A stretch of DNA of 64,000 bases, from assembly GCA_964016885.1 (NCBI GenBank), contig OZ024741.1, positions 384,586,001 through 384,650,000 of the forward strand, read 5' to 3'. Both the position numbers and the translations under genes were made by a program. The notes beneath the pieces were generated by a model. That model had not been told where the DNA came from. It saw only the letters and a program-made list of their open reading frames with translations, and ran no database searches. Of this stretch, positions 1 to 12,191 are shown piece by piece; position 1 is the first letter of the stretch, and the number at the start of each line of letters is the position of its first letter. This DNA comes from Eledone cirrhosa (lineage: Eukaryota).

Positions 1-60
<60 letters not shown>
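1..60. repeat. (GT)n microsatellite; representative of dozens of (TA)n, (CA/GT)n, (GA)n, (TATG)n and (TAA)n tracts across the window
   Basis: Direct reading. These tracts produce the many [12 protein letters not shown] pseudo-ORFs in the track. Confidence 0.99.
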
Positions 61-66
<6 letters not shown>

Positions 67-145
67 TTCTACGTGGCGCTCGCCATTCCTGTTGTCGGAC
101 TGGTCAGATAACCTAGCCAGTAATTGACGCCACCTAAAAACGCTA

Positions 146-207
<62 letters not shown>

Positions 208-214
<7 letters not shown>

Positions 215-287
215 TGTTTCTAATTTGGCATGAGGCCAGCAATTTAAAGGTGATTAAATCGACCCAGTGCATCACTGGTACTTTATT
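208..287 (-). mobile_element. 3' fragment of the dominant tRNA-derived SINE (family A), abutting the Tx1 tail
   Basis: taattgtttc...ggccagcaattt...actggtactttatt matches the reverse complement of the SINE 3' end seen at 22214-22428. Confidence 0.75.
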
Positions 288-303
288 AAAAAAGAGATAG
301 ATA

Positions 304-1832
304 GATATGTTTCTTTTATTTGCCACCAGGGCATCAAAAGTGGGACAAGTACAAAGGGGGGAGTTTACACAAAAAGGCGTCCTCAATAAGGAGGAGGCAA
401 TAACAAAATATAAAAATAAAATAAAATATAACAAAAAATAAAATTTATAACAAAATCCTCAATAGAGAGGAGGCGCCTTGGGGGGTCGCACACACCCCCG
501 AAAAAAGTGTGTAACCCTTTTCCTCAGGAGTACAGAGAGGGGGTGCTCCCTCGTTCCTTCCTCTTTTCCACCTACAGGCTTATGTAAAGAGAAGGCCCAT
601 TCACACGGGCCATTCTCGCCACTTTCACCCACCTTTCATAAAAACGACTGGGGTGGAGCACCTCTCTCTCCATCCTGATCCTTCTTCCGAAATGGTATCG
701 GAAGAAATGGACCAGTTGTTGGCCAGAGAGAAAGGTGCCTGACCTCAGTCCTTTCAGACGCGTCCACCATACAACTTCTTTCACCATGGCTATTACGCAC
801 AGAAACACCGCCTCTGCTTCATCTTTGAAGGGGGGAGGCGGCTTGATCATTACAATAGACTCGGTGGTCAACCGGATCGGTCCCACCCTTGACAGCAGTT
901 GTTCGACATAGCCCCACAGATCGGCTACGCCCGAGCAGTTTACCAATGCGTGTGCAACGGTTTCCTCGTCGCACACGCATCTGGGACAGATTTTTTTGGC
1001 GGGGTCCCTACCCGGGCGCCCGTGTCTGTAGAGCCTTTCTCGAACGGGTAAAGCTCCTCGGTAGCACTGCCAGGCCAGGGACTTCTGGAAGTTGTCCATA
1101 GGTCCCGGGCTGAATGTCCTACCGAACAGGCTGGCCAGTTCGTCCTCCTCCATGTCTAGGGCTTCTCCGAGGGCGTCGTCGCACCTGCTGCGTACCAGCC
1201 CTCTATAGAATGTTGCGGTGGAGTCTCCACTGATAACCGGATCCGCCTGCCAGAGGGCGGTGAGCGCCTGGGCACACTCAGTGTACCAGGCGCCCAGTTT
1301 TCTCGGTCTTTGCTTGACCCAGGATTGCAGCTCGATGAGTGAGACGAGTCTGGGAAAGGTTCGTCTCACAAACGAGGCCCACACCGGTTGACCGGTGAGG
1401 AACGCGTAGAGGTGCCGTAGCCTTAATGCGTGTTTACGCATCATTAGCCACGGCATCCCCAGCCCTCCTTTCGAAGGGTGTTGACAGCATATGGATCTCC
1501 TCACCATAGGAGCCCGCCTCTTCCAAAGGAATTGGAAGAGCGCGCGCTCCATCTTGGTGAGGGTTTCCCTTGGGCAGGGCACTACGGTCAGGCGGTAGTA
1601 GATGACGGACGCTATATAGGTGTTCGCCACCTCCGCCCGACCTTTCAGGGATAGTTTGCAACTGGCCCACTTCTGGGTCAGTGCAAACACCCTGTTCGTA
1701 ACCTCCGCCCAGTTTTTCTCCACCTGGAGGTCCGGTCCGAACCAGACCCCGAGCAACTTCACCGGGCCCTCCGTCCAGCGTCCGACGACGCCATCGGAGG
1801 GCATCGGTCTGCCCCTCCACGTGCCGAGTTGC
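304..1832 (-). mobile_element. Tx1-type (L1-clade) LINE copy 1, 5'-truncated: RT C-terminus, zf-RVT-like CCHC region and 3'UTR
   Basis: Near-identical to 2020-3425. Peptide contains KLLGVWFG, GGLGMP and CPRC...ETVAHALVNC. Flanked by a 14-bp direct repeat aaaagagatagata at 290-303 and 1833-1846 (TSD). Confidence 0.92.
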
Positions 1833-1846
1833 AAAAGAGATAGATA

Positions 1847-4800
1847 TGTTTCTTTTATTTGCCACAAGGGCATCAAAAGTGGGACAAGTACAATGGGGGG
1901 AGTTTACAAAACAAGGCGTCCTCAATAGGGAGGAGGCAATAACAATATATAAAAATAAAATAAAGTATAACAAAAAATAGAATTATAACAAAATCCTCAA
2001 TAGAGGATTTTGTTATAAAATATAACAAAAAATAAAATTTATAACAAAATCCTCAATAGAGAGGAGGCGCCTTGGGGGGTCGCACACACCCCCGAAAAAG
2101 TGTGCAACCCTTTTCCTCAGGAGCACAGAGAAGGGGTGCTCCCTTGGTCTTTCATCTTCCTCACCTATAGTCTGATGTAGAGTGAAGGCCCATTCACACG
2201 GGCCATTCTCGCCACTTTCACCCACCTTTCATAAAAACGACTGGGGTGCAGCACCTCTCTCTCCATCCTGATCCTTCTTCCGAAATGATATCGGAAGAAA
2301 CGGACCAGTTGTTGGCCAGAGAGAAAGGTGCCTGACCTCAGTCCTTTCAGACGCGTCCACCATACAACCTCTTTCGCCATGGCTATTACGCACAGAAACA
2401 CCGCCTCTGCTTCATCTTTGAAGGGGGGAGGCGTCTTGATCATTACAATAGACTCGGTGGTCAACCGGATCGGTCCCACCCTTGACAGCAGTTGTTCGAC
2501 ATAGCCCCACAGATCGGCTACGCCCGAGCAGTGTACCAATGCGTGTGCAACGGTTTCCTCGTCGCACACGCATCTGGGACAGATCTTTTTGGCGGGGTCC
2601 CTACCCGGGCGCCCGTGTCTGTAGAGCCTTTCTCGAACGGGTAAAGCTCCTCGGTAGCACTGCCAGGCCAGGGACTTCTGGAAGTTGTCCATAGGTCCCG
2701 GGCTGAATGTCCTACCGAACAGGCTGGCCAGTTCGTCCTCCTCCATGTCTAGGGCTTCTCCGAGGGCGTCGTCGCACCTGCTGCGTACCAGCCCTCTATA
2801 GAATGTTGCGGTGGAGTCTCCACTGATAATCGGATCCGCCTGCCAGAGGGCGGTGAGCGCCTGGGCACACTCAGTGTGCCAGGCGCCCAGTTTTCTCGGT
2901 CTTTGCTTGACCCAGGATTGCAGCTCGGTGAGTGAGACGAGTCTGGGAAAGGTTCGTCTCACAAACGAGGCCCACACCGGTTGTCCGGTGAGGAATACGT
3001 AGAGGTGCCGTAGCCTTAATGCGTGTTTACGCATCATTAGCCACGGCATCCCCAGCCCTCCTTTCGAAGTGTGTTGACAGCAGATGGATCTCCTCACCAT
3101 AGGAGCCCGCCTCTTCCAAAGGAATTGGAAGAGCGCGCGCTCCATCTTGGTGAGGGTTTCCCTTGGGAAGGGCACTACGGTCAGGCGGTAGTAGATGACG
3201 GACGCTATGTAGGTGTTCGCCACCTCCGCCCGACCTTTCAGGGATAGTTTGCAACTGGCCCACTTCTGGGTCAGTGCAAACACCCTGTTCGTAACCTCCG
3301 CCCAGTTTTTCTCCACCTGGAGGTCCGGTCCGAACCAGACCCCGAGCAACTTCACCGGGCCCTCCGTCCAGCGTCCGACGACGCCATCGGAGGGCATCGG
3401 TCTGCCCCTCCACGTGCCGAGTTGCAAACCGATCGACTTGTCCCGGTTCAGCTTAGCCCCTGTGAACTTTTCGTACTCTTCCAGTAAGGTGCCGACCGCC
3501 TCGATTTCGGAGGCCGTCGACACCATTACTGTCACGTCATCGGCGTAGGCCGACACCGCTTTCCGCAATCCCGGTTCCAAAGGGATGCCCTGCAACAACT
3601 CCAACTTCCGCAGTAGTGGCTCGAGAGTCAACACATACAGAAGGGAGGAGAGAGGGCACCCTTGTCGGATGGACCGCGCGATTTTGAACGGCTCCGAGAG
3701 GTAGCCGTTCACCTTGACCCTAGAGCAGATGCGGCTGCTGTGCATAGCAGTGATCCAGCCCCTGAAAACGGGTCCGAAGCCTGCCGCCGCTAGCACCGCA
3801 TCCAGGTAACCATGGTCGACCCTATCGAACGCCTTAGATTGATCCAAGTTGATCAGAGCCCCACCAAAGCCGGGTTCGTTCCCAACCCTCTCTATGATGT
3901 ATCGCATGAGGTGGAGGTTGTCATGGATGGACCTGGACGGGATAGCGCATGTCTGCGCATCTCCCACCAGGTTGCCCACGACAAGCGCCAATCTCTTTGC
4001 TAGCACCTTGGCCAAAATCTGTAACTCTGTATTTAGCAGAGTTATGGGCCTGAAGTTACTTATTTCGTCCCCCTTGTTCTCGTCCTTCCTCACTAGCGTG
4101 ACTACGCCCTTGGTCAAAGTACAGGGAATTCTCCCGTTCTGTTGCCAGTTGCAGTAGACCGCCTCGAGGAGATCGGGGAACAAGTCCGGCATAGCTAGAT
4201 ATAATTCGTAAGGAAGACCATCGAGACCCGGGGATTTGCGTTTGCCGCATTGGCTCAGCACGTCCTCTATCTCAGCGGCCGAAATCGGCTCCTCGCAGGA
4301 CTTCGCCTCCCTGTCCGAGAGGCGCGGCAGGCCGTCGAGGTATGGACCGAAGTCCACGTTCCCAACCGGCTCCCCGCCCCTCCCGAACAGTCGGGCAAAG
4401 TGCCTTTGAAAGGCCTCACACATCTGCTTAGGCTCAAGAATCGCCCGTCCATCCAGGTCTCGCAAAGACCGGATGGTGGATTTAGTTCCACTGTTGGCCT
4501 CTGTCACGCGGGCCCAGCTAACAGCTTTGGTCCCCTCGTTCCCTAGAGCACGTATTTTACTTCGGACAACGCAGCCTTCGTGCTTCGCGTCGAAAAACTG
4601 GCTCAAAGCCGTTCTCGACGCTAGCACTCTGGCCACGTCGCCGCTTCTAATTGCCTCTTCTACTCTATCTATTAGCTCCCTTTCCTTCCTATTCCTATCC
4701 GCAGCTAGAACCTTACTAAATTCTATCGAGACTACTCTAATCTCTCTCTTTAGAGATACCCACCACCTGCTGTTGACGATCGCTCCAGTCAACCGTTCCT

Positions 4801-5022
4801 TAACTAACGTACTAATCCGATTCCTGTAGGCTCTACTTGCCGGCAAGGACAAGTTGAGCTTCCAGTAACCGGGGCCCTGTCTATGAGTTCTGTCAAGGTT
4901 GACCATGCAGGTCACTAATTTGTGGTCTGAATAGCCAACCATGCGCATTTTTGGACAACTTAAAAAGTCCTTATCCTTAATTCTAACTAAGAACCTATCT
5001 AGGTACGACCTAGATGATCCGC
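1847..5022 (-). mobile_element. Tx1-type LINE copy 2, 5'-truncated within the APE endonuclease domain
   Basis: Contains the 927-aa ORF. The 3'UTR ends in aataaaagaaacatatctat (sense). The 5' end abuts (TAGG)n. Confidence 0.93.
2165..4948 (-). CDS. LINE ORF2 (partial): APE C-terminus, reverse transcriptase and zinc-binding domain, Tx1/L1 clade
   Basis: Uninterrupted frame with SDH (APE end), GPGYWKLN, KSPGLDGLP, NFRPITLLN, LDQSKAFDRVDH, SIRQGCPLS, AYADD and CPRC..H...C. The frame extends upstream to ~5020 (SYLDRFLV), so the listed Met is not the real start. Confidence 0.93.
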   Translation of the reverse strand: MRMVGYSDHKLVTCMVNLDRTHRQGPGYWKLNLSLPASRAYRNRISTLVKERLTGAIVNSRWWVSLKREIRVVSIEFSKVLAADRNRKERELIDRVEEAIRSGDVARVLASRTALSQFFDAKHEGCVVRSKIRALGNEGTKAVSWARVTEANSGTKSTIRSLRDLDGRAILEPKQMCEAFQRHFARLFGRGGEPVGNVDFGPYLDGLPRLSDREAKSCEEPISAAEIEDVLSQCGKRKSPGLDGLPYELYLAMPDLFPDLLEAVYCNWQQNGRIPCTLTKGVVTLVRKDENKGDEISNFRPITLLNTELQILAKVLAKRLALVVGNLVGDAQTCAIPSRSIHDNLHLMRYIIERVGNEPGFGGALINLDQSKAFDRVDHGYLDAVLAAAGFGPVFRGWITAMHSSRICSRVKVNGYLSEPFKIARSIRQGCPLSSLLYVLTLEPLLRKLELLQGIPLEPGLRKAVSAYADDVTVMVSTASEIEAVGTLLEEYEKFTGAKLNRDKSIGLQLGTWRGRPMPSDGVVGRWTEGPVKLLGVWFGPDLQVEKNWAEVTNRVFALTQKWASCKLSLKGRAEVANTYIASVIYYRLTVVPFPRETLTKMERALFQFLWKRRAPMVRRSICCQHTSKGGLGMPWLMMRKHALRLRHLYVFLTGQPVWASFVRRTFPRLVSLTELQSWVKQRPRKLGAWHTECAQALTALWQADPIISGDSTATFYRGLVRSRCDDALGEALDMEEDELASLFGRTFSPGPMDNFQKSLAWQCYRGALPVRERLYRHGRPGRDPAKKICPRCVCDEETVAHALVHCSGVADLWGYVEQLLSRVGPIRLTTESIVMIKTPPPFKDEAEAVFLCVIAMAKEVVWWTRLKGLRSGTFLSGQQLVRFFRYHFGRRIRMEREVLHPSRFYERWVKVARMARVNGPSLYIRL

Positions 5023-5026
5023 TACG

Positions 5027-5284
5027 ATAGGTAGATAGGTAGGTAGGTAGGTAGGTAGATAGGTAGGTAGGTAGGTAGGTAGGTAGGTAGGTAGGTAGGT
5101 AGGTAGGTAGGTAGGTAGGTAGGTAGGTAGGTAGGTAGGTAGGTAGGTAGGTAGGTGTGTAGGTAGGTAGGTAGGTAGGTAGGTAGGTATGTAGGTAGGT
5201 AGGTAGGTAGGTAGGTAGGTAGGTAGGTAGGTAGGTAGGTAGGTAGGTAGGTAGGTAGGTAGGTAGGTAGGTAGGTAGGTAGAT
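5027..5284. repeat. (TAGG)n tetranucleotide microsatellite
   Basis: Direct reading. Confidence 0.98.
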
Positions 5285-5810
5285 ATTGCAGTTTAGTGGA
5301 TATATGTTTCATAATGATTAAAGAAATATGGAAGAACAGTATTGTAATTGATATAAATGTAAAATACAGCGATTGGTGGGATGACGAGAGAGGAGGTCCC
5401 AGAAACTGAAGGATTCAACCCTCTTTACATAGAATGTTGTAATCAAGGAATTATTAATTTGATATGTTTTACTATAACCTCGTTATTTTTACAGGTACTA
5501 ACCCAGTAATAATAATAATTTAGCTGTCTAACACAAGTTTGTTTTTTATTATTTGTGAAATTGTAACTAAAGAGGAGACAAATATTTGTTCTGGGTATAT
5601 CGCTGATAAAAAGTGTTGAAAGAGTTAAATGGTGGCACATGACCCTAACCCTAACTCTAACCCTATGATTTCATATGCACCCACTACACTATTTGTCTAC
5701 CATATATACTGACTGAACACACACGTGTTTTTTTTCAGACATGTTATCCATTTCTTCCCCCCTCTCAATGTCTTCGATCTTTCTACTTCTACTTTTATTT
5801 CTCATTCAAT

Positions 5811-5844
5811 CTTCTGGTGAAGGACTAACGTCCGAAACGTTAAG
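5811..5844 (+). ncRNA. Minimal hammerhead motif, core mutated (CTGGTGA), in a PLE-type terminal module
   Basis: ctt CTGGTGA a ggac taac gtcc GAAA cg tt aag. Same family as 60351-60386. Confidence 0.6.
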
Positions 5845-7622
5845 TCTTTTTTCCTACTAAATCAAACGGTAAACTAATATATATATTCATTGTAAATTGT
5901 GTTGTTTTCCGTTTAATTTTTCGCATGTGTATGTGTATGCGTGTGTGCGTGTATGTGTTTGTGTGTGTGTATGTGTTTGTGCACGCGCATGTGTGTATAC
6001 CTGCGTGTGTCACGATCTTGGGAGGTTGGAATGTTAAACAATAACGAATTTAATTTGATAATGTTCAGTAAAAGTAATGTTTTTTTCTCGAGAGAGGGTA
6101 CTAATTCAAGAGGAGTTACCTCCCCTGTTCGAATTAACAACTGATAAATAAACTAAGACGTGTTCGACTATGGTCGCAATGATGATGATGATGCTGATTA
6201 ATCTGAAGAAGAAATTGAAATTACAGTAGCGATAAATCTGAGAAAACTAGAATGAGGCTGCCCAAGGAGTTGATACGATATATAAGAAGACTTTCGATGA
6301 AATTGATAAGTTTTGTGTTACTACATTTGGAAGCATGTTGAACCGTATGTTTCACTTGAATAGATTTCATACTCTAAGTCTAAGATAATAACTCTAGGGA
6401 TTTACTTTCCTTATATTTTGCTAAATATAACCAATTACCTATAGGTATATAGGCACTGAAATATGTTCAAATACCGAATACAGTCTCTTACCTTGTCTCA
6501 ATGGTATTAATACAACATTCACACACCAGATTGGTTCATATATAGCTCCAGCCCTTAAGACTAATTACCTGCGTGTGTGTGAAAGTGAGGGAGAAAGAGA
6601 GATGGTGCGTTTATGTGTAAGTGTGTGTGTTCTGTGTGTCTGGATGTCTGTTGGTTGCATTCACGCACCAGTTTTTTCACATATAGCACCAGCCCTTAAG
6701 ATTGTGACTACCTGTGTTTGAGAGAGAAAGAGAGAGAGAGAGTATATGTGTGTATGTGTTTGTGTGTGTGAGAGAGTATGTCCGTGTGTGTGTGTGTGCT
6801 TTAACGTTTTCAAATGTCTGTATATCTCTGCGCTATGTTTCTGTATGCATGCGCATGTTAGCATCAATTTACGAGTATATTAAATTGTCTTGTATTATAT
6901 TCATCGCGACTGTATATAGAGTAAGGTGAATATTTAGAATTATAAATATATTGATGTGTAATCTCATTCACAATTGATCTTAAATTTTGAAACAAATAAC
7001 AACAGATTAACAACAATAATCAGACATAAAATTTATATAAATCTAGGTATACTAGAGATATACGTACCTTGTGTCAAGTAAAATGTGAAATTCATGAAAC
7101 ACCTTCAGTAATATATGGCGAAAAACGACAATTACTAGAATAAGGCCAGCCACTACTTATACGAAATGAAAGGCGCCGCGGAAGAATAAAGAGGTGTGCC
7201 CAAAAATTGAACACGTGAAAAATAGGGAACCATAAACAACTGCAATATCTTGTTAAAGAATTAGGAATAACAAATGAAAGGAACAAAGTGAACAAAACTA
7301 AAGTAAGATCAAAAGAACTGAAAAATAGCTACTACTCTGAACTTGCTGAAAACACCAACTCTTCAGCTATGGTGAGTGACGTGAAGAAAGAGTTCACAAT
7401 AGCAAAGAAATAAACCACAATCAAGAAAGTGTCCATACAATCCATCCCAAATGATCATTTCAAAGACCATTTTGTCGTACGTGTACCGCAGTTATCTACG
7501 AGAATTAGCTCGAACAGAGCTAGCTAAAGGTTATCAAAGTGACAGTGAAAGTGACACACCAATAACAGAAGACATTGAGCGAGTCTTGGACAGACAAACT
7601 GATGACTGAATTTTGAAATATA

Positions 7623-7793
7623 CCATATTTCCCGACGTCGAAGACGCTACTTTTTCCCTAAAATAAGCCTCAAAAATATTCCATGCGTCCTGGAGAGCGA
7701 AGGTTGTTTATTTTTTTTTTTTTTCAATTTTTTGGTTGTCAAAATTAGGGTGCGTCCTCGAGGACGAAGCGTCTTCGGCGCCGGGAAATACGG
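7623..7793. mobile_element. MITE, Tc1/mariner-pogo type
   Basis: ~25-bp imperfect TIRs ccatatttcccgacgtcgaagacgc / gcgtcttcggcgccgggaaatacgg, with TA on both sides. Confidence 0.8.
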
Positions 7794-8014
7794 TAATTCA
7801 AGTAAGCAGCTCATTCATATGCTGCTCATGCTATTTACTTTGATCTGGTTGTTTGGGACTGTACTAATCCCATGGCTACATGCCAGCATAACACATTGCA
7901 TAAGAAGGGTTCATTCAACATTGGAAGGAATTAGCGTGGGTTGTCAGTCAAAGACAACATGAGTTGGGTACTGGCAAATATTGTCATCATATGACTAAAA
8001 GAGGCTTACAAACA

Positions 8015-8165
8015 TAGTTGGTACTCATTTACAGATGAGTATACTGAAGAAACATGAACTGAAGTGTTTTGTTCAAGAAGACAATAAACAACCTAGTCCA
8101 GGAATCGAACCCACGGCATTATGATCTTAACTCCAACATTGTTACCACTAAACCACGTACATTCA
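8015..8165 (-). mobile_element. SINE family B fragment; related pieces at 15560-15690, 33113-33435 and 34710-34995
   Basis: Shared core ctggagcaacgtgaaat(a/g)aagtgttttg(c/t)tcaa and a reverse tRNA-like B box (ggaatcgaac). Confidence 0.7.
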
Positions 8166-8903
8166 CTAACCATTTGTAATTGATTTAAAAAACATCTAAG
8201 ATCTTCGGCAATTGCTGATTATTTGTAATATTACCTTTACTAGACAGTTAGTCCTCATATGATCACTACAGGTAACAGTAGGTAAATTAATATAAACGTA
8301 TAAATATTGTGACTGATGGTTAGTACAGCAATGTAAAAACCAATGAAAACATTGTTTCCTTAGTCCGATTTAACGAGTTCCACTGCACTTGGTAGGCGAA
8401 CGGGGTCTGGGATCTTGTCGATAGAACTCTATCTATCTATAATTTTAAAAAAATAAATGAATGAATGCGCCTGTAACATTTGAAATATACGATAAATACA
8501 TATGTACATATACAGTACAATATAAGCACATTAATATCTAAATATGCCAAATTTACGTATTTTCCAGCAGACAGAAAAATGATGAATTTAATATAGATTA
8601 CAAGAATAGTATTAAAAGAAAACAACGATTTGAGAAAAAAGAAATAAATGAAATTGCGAAAAGAAACATATATTACCATATATGTAGAATGTTCTATTTG
8701 TTACTAGCGCTTTATAAACATTGACGGTGACAAAATATGTTATGTACAATATATAATAGAAATTTAACATTTAACGTTTTAAATGTTAACATTTATGAAA
8801 ATATCTATATTTACATATTTTTTATTTATTTCAGCAGACGACAATTACCTCTGTGTGTGTAAGTGAGTATATTTGTGTGCGCGCTCCAGTATCGTTCGTT
8901 TGA

Positions 8904-8945
<42 letters not shown>

Positions 8946-8947
<2 letters not shown>

Positions 8948-9112
8948 CAAAGAGGGTGTGGTAAGATACCATTTGGACAATAACGCACCAGAGTACTCAA
9001 TACTTTGGGTAGTAGAGTGGGTAATAGGAAAAGACTCAGGACCCCGACAGCTGAGCTCCGGATCTAGCTGTCGAAACGGCCGGAGCTCAGCCGTCGGGAT
9101 CCTGACTCTTTT

Positions 9113-9114
<2 letters not shown>
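8946..9114. repeat. Short foldback insert in (TA)n with one-sided tail; relatives at 29938-30135, 36261-36358 and 46355-46410
   Basis: Hairpin ggaaaagactcaggaccccgacagctgagctccgg...ccggagctcagccgtcgggatcctgactcttttcc. The tail contains gagtactcaa. Confidence 0.8.
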
Positions 9115-9180
<66 letters not shown>

Positions 9181-9504
9181 TATTGACCTACCTCTTCGTT
9201 CAGTATGTATACTCCCCTTTCAATCTATATGTTAATTCTCTCTGTATCTCTCATTTACGCTCTCTGTTTCTCGCTCCCTCCTCTCTTTATATGATGCAAA
9301 GCGTTACATCTGTCACTGAACCAACCAGCCAACCAGCCAACCAGCCAACCAGCCAACCAGCCAACCAGCTTACCAGCCACCCAACATATTACATATTATA
9401 TTATATATTAGATTTTACTTCTCGGATACAAGTCAACCACAACAACTCCATAGTTAACTACTTTTGAATAGTTAAAATATTTACACAATTGGATCAAAAT
9501 TGAA

Positions 9505-9600
9505 TAATTGTTTCTACTATTGGCACAAGGCCAGCAATTACTCCAGTGCATTACTGGTACTTTATTTTATCGACCCCGTAAGGATGAAAGGCAAAGTTAA
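9505..9600 (-). mobile_element. SINE family A, minus-strand copies; others at 10372-10600, 17900-18122, 18160-18380, 27604-27750, 31820-32000, 32562-32660, 46783-46893, 52397-52530, 56400-56552, 61147-61330 and 62935-63080
   Basis: Diagnostic ctggtactttattttatcgaccccgtaaggatgaaaggcaaagt. Confidence 0.9.
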
Positions 9601-9914
9601 TGTAAATGAATAAGAGTCTTCCACGCTGATTCTTTTGGAATTTTAAATAGCGAAATTTTGTTATCTTAATAAGCTATCAAATAATTTTGATAAGCAAAAT
9701 TGTATTTTTATCTTTGATATGATCATTAGATTCAAGATCATGAAGCATAATTAATTAAAATTTGTAAAATATCATTCTCATAATTCATTTGAATGATGAT
9801 GAGATTAATTTTCTTAACTTTATTGAAATGAGTGATATTTCAACGAGTAAAGTAAAAAGCGTAGAGCGAGAGAGAAGAAAATGGGAGAGATAGAAGAAAG
9901 GGGGAGATAGAGAG

Positions 9915-9962
<48 letters not shown>

Positions 9963-11099
9963 GGAATGAGATCGTGTTTGTTATAATTATGATTCCAAGG
10001 TAACGACTGTTCTAGACAGCAGCTTAATACATTCTCCATTTTTTTACAAAAAAATCAACAAATATCTAGGCATATTATTAATGAGTTGATTTTTATTTTA
10101 AATATACGGGAAATAACAATGTAATTAGCAGGGATAACGAACAATAGAGTAGACGGTGGGTAATTAACTCGATTTTTCAGTGCCTGGGCAACAGCACTAC
10201 GTTTGATTTTATAGCTTTTGTCTATATATAAAGCAACTCTTATGGAAATACATAAATCAGAAACGATTGAGGGTTGTGACATTCTAAAGGATAAACTTCT
10301 TCCTTCTTCAAACGATAAGTTCCAACAATGAGAAAATTTTGAAAACCAATTTGGCAGATTTTTTCATAATAAATGGCTTCTTATTTTGGCACAAAGCCAG
10401 CAATTTGTGGGAGGGGAAGTTGATTATATCGACACCAGTTGTTGATTGATACTTAATTTTATCCATCCAGCCCGGAAGAGGGAAAGGGAAAGTTGATATT
10501 AGCTGGATGGAAATTGAGAACGTAAAAAGCTGTAACTACATGCTGCAAGACATTTTGTCAGACACTCTAATGATTGTGTTAATCCACCACTCTTGGATTT
10601 TCTCATAATCAATTAGAGAAAATAAGATAATGACAAACAACGAAAAAACTACGTTGACAGCCTGCATAGGTTTTGATCTGCTCCAATACAATATAAATTT
10701 GATACGTTCTCTCATACAAACTGCTTATAAATGAGTCAATGTTCGAAATATTCCTCTGGTGTTGGAGATTTTACAATCAGAGTCTGTGGAACATTGAGAA
10801 AAACTCTATAGAGCATTTGAATTAACTGTGTATACGATGTATATAGGATATAATTTGATATAAAAACAATGTCTGATAGTATGTGTGTGTGAGAGAGAGA
10901 GAGAGCAGAGGGCTACTAATGTATTGAAGCTTATGGAAATTCAATTAAATCGATATTGTATCCTTTACAATTCTGAATTTTTATGTTCTTTATAGAGGTT
11001 GTAAATTATTTTAGAGCAATATAAAATTATGTCATTTTCCTCGCGGTGATTCTTGGGCAAGATAGATGAAGATTATCAATCTTTTTACCCAAAGGACTA

Positions 11100-11285
11100 T
11101 AAACCACCCCATGATACACTTATTTTTGGACGAATCACGAAAACTTCAATTGGCACTGACAACACGATATGGAAAGGAATGATTGGAAGGAACGGCGATC
11201 TCGATCTAAATACGAACGGAGGGGCTTTATTAGACATCTGTTCTAGAAATGGGCTCCCTATTATGAACACCTTCTTCCTGATCAA
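11100..11285 (+). pseudogene. RTE-clade LINE APE endonuclease fragment
   Basis: IGTDNTIWKGMIGRNGDLDLNTNGGALLDICSRNGLPIMNTFF resembles the RTE APE NxNG..LL.FC...L.I.NTFF block. Confidence 0.7.
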
Positions 11286-11970
11286 TTGTAGGAGTCAAGA
11301 AAAAAATAAGTTGCAAATTGATAATAAGAATCGCAACAATGTACGTGGATTCATGGCTAGTATGAGGAAATGACGAATTTTTATAGAGTCGGGGGTGTTA
11401 AAAATATAAAGGATATATATATATATATATAATTGTAGAAATGAAAATGACGTGTTATAAAGCATTGGAAAAGTTAGAAAGCATAAACAAGGAGAGAGAG
11501 ATCAATGAAAATACTGATCAATTGAAAGTAAAAAGGGTGTAATACATAGGTGATGCGGTGATCGAAATGATTAGAGAAAATAAGCAACCGTCCCTTGAAG
11601 GAAATCTAGAGGAAAAGGAAACTGAAAAATAAACAAAAGAAGCTATGGCTGGTTGCATTGTAGATTAGATTGTAGAAAAATTTGTTCCATTATTGTTTAG
11701 AAACAAATAAATGAAACAAGAGTAAAGATGAAATAGGATAGAAATTATAACAGATTTGTGAAGACTATGCAACTAAAGCGAATATACAGTTCAATAATCT
11801 ACGTAAATCTGAAATATATGCTGGAAATTAACCTGCTTACAAGATTTAGCAACCCATGGTGATTCTAACTGTTTTTGGCAAATAAAAATAAATTGGAAAG
11901 TATCCAGCTTGATATAAAACAAAATTGCATCGAAAACAAACACTGGAAACTAAAATATATATATATATAT

Positions 11971-12122
11971 GCAGAGGTTATATTTAATTTGTTGGGATTC
12001 AACAAGCTTAAAAAATTTTATAACTGATATAAAGCACTCAACAGTTTTTGCATTGGCTGCCCTTGAAATATGTATAATAAAATAAATATGGTTTTATAAA
12101 TATAGTTTCCATTTATTAATAT

Positions 12123-12127
<5 letters not shown>
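11971..12127. mobile_element. Mini-remnant of the PLE at 24333-27494 (tail plus pLTR 3' end) in (TA)n
   Basis: 11971-12045 resembles 24333-24405. 12060-12127 resembles 27429-27494. Confidence 0.7.

Positions 12128-12191
<64 letters not shown>

Noticed and set aside
572-1876. 434-aa ORF as an independent gene
   Set aside because: Chimeric: the N-terminal MMPLWQIKETYLSL comes from the 3'UTR of Tx1 copy 2, read into truncated copy 1.
5022-5312. PTYL-repeat protein, and all [16 protein letters not shown] ORFs
   Set aside because: Translations of microsatellites.
7190-7600. Possible decayed LINE coding fragment
   Set aside because: Purine-rich and coding-like, but no motif I can identify with confidence.
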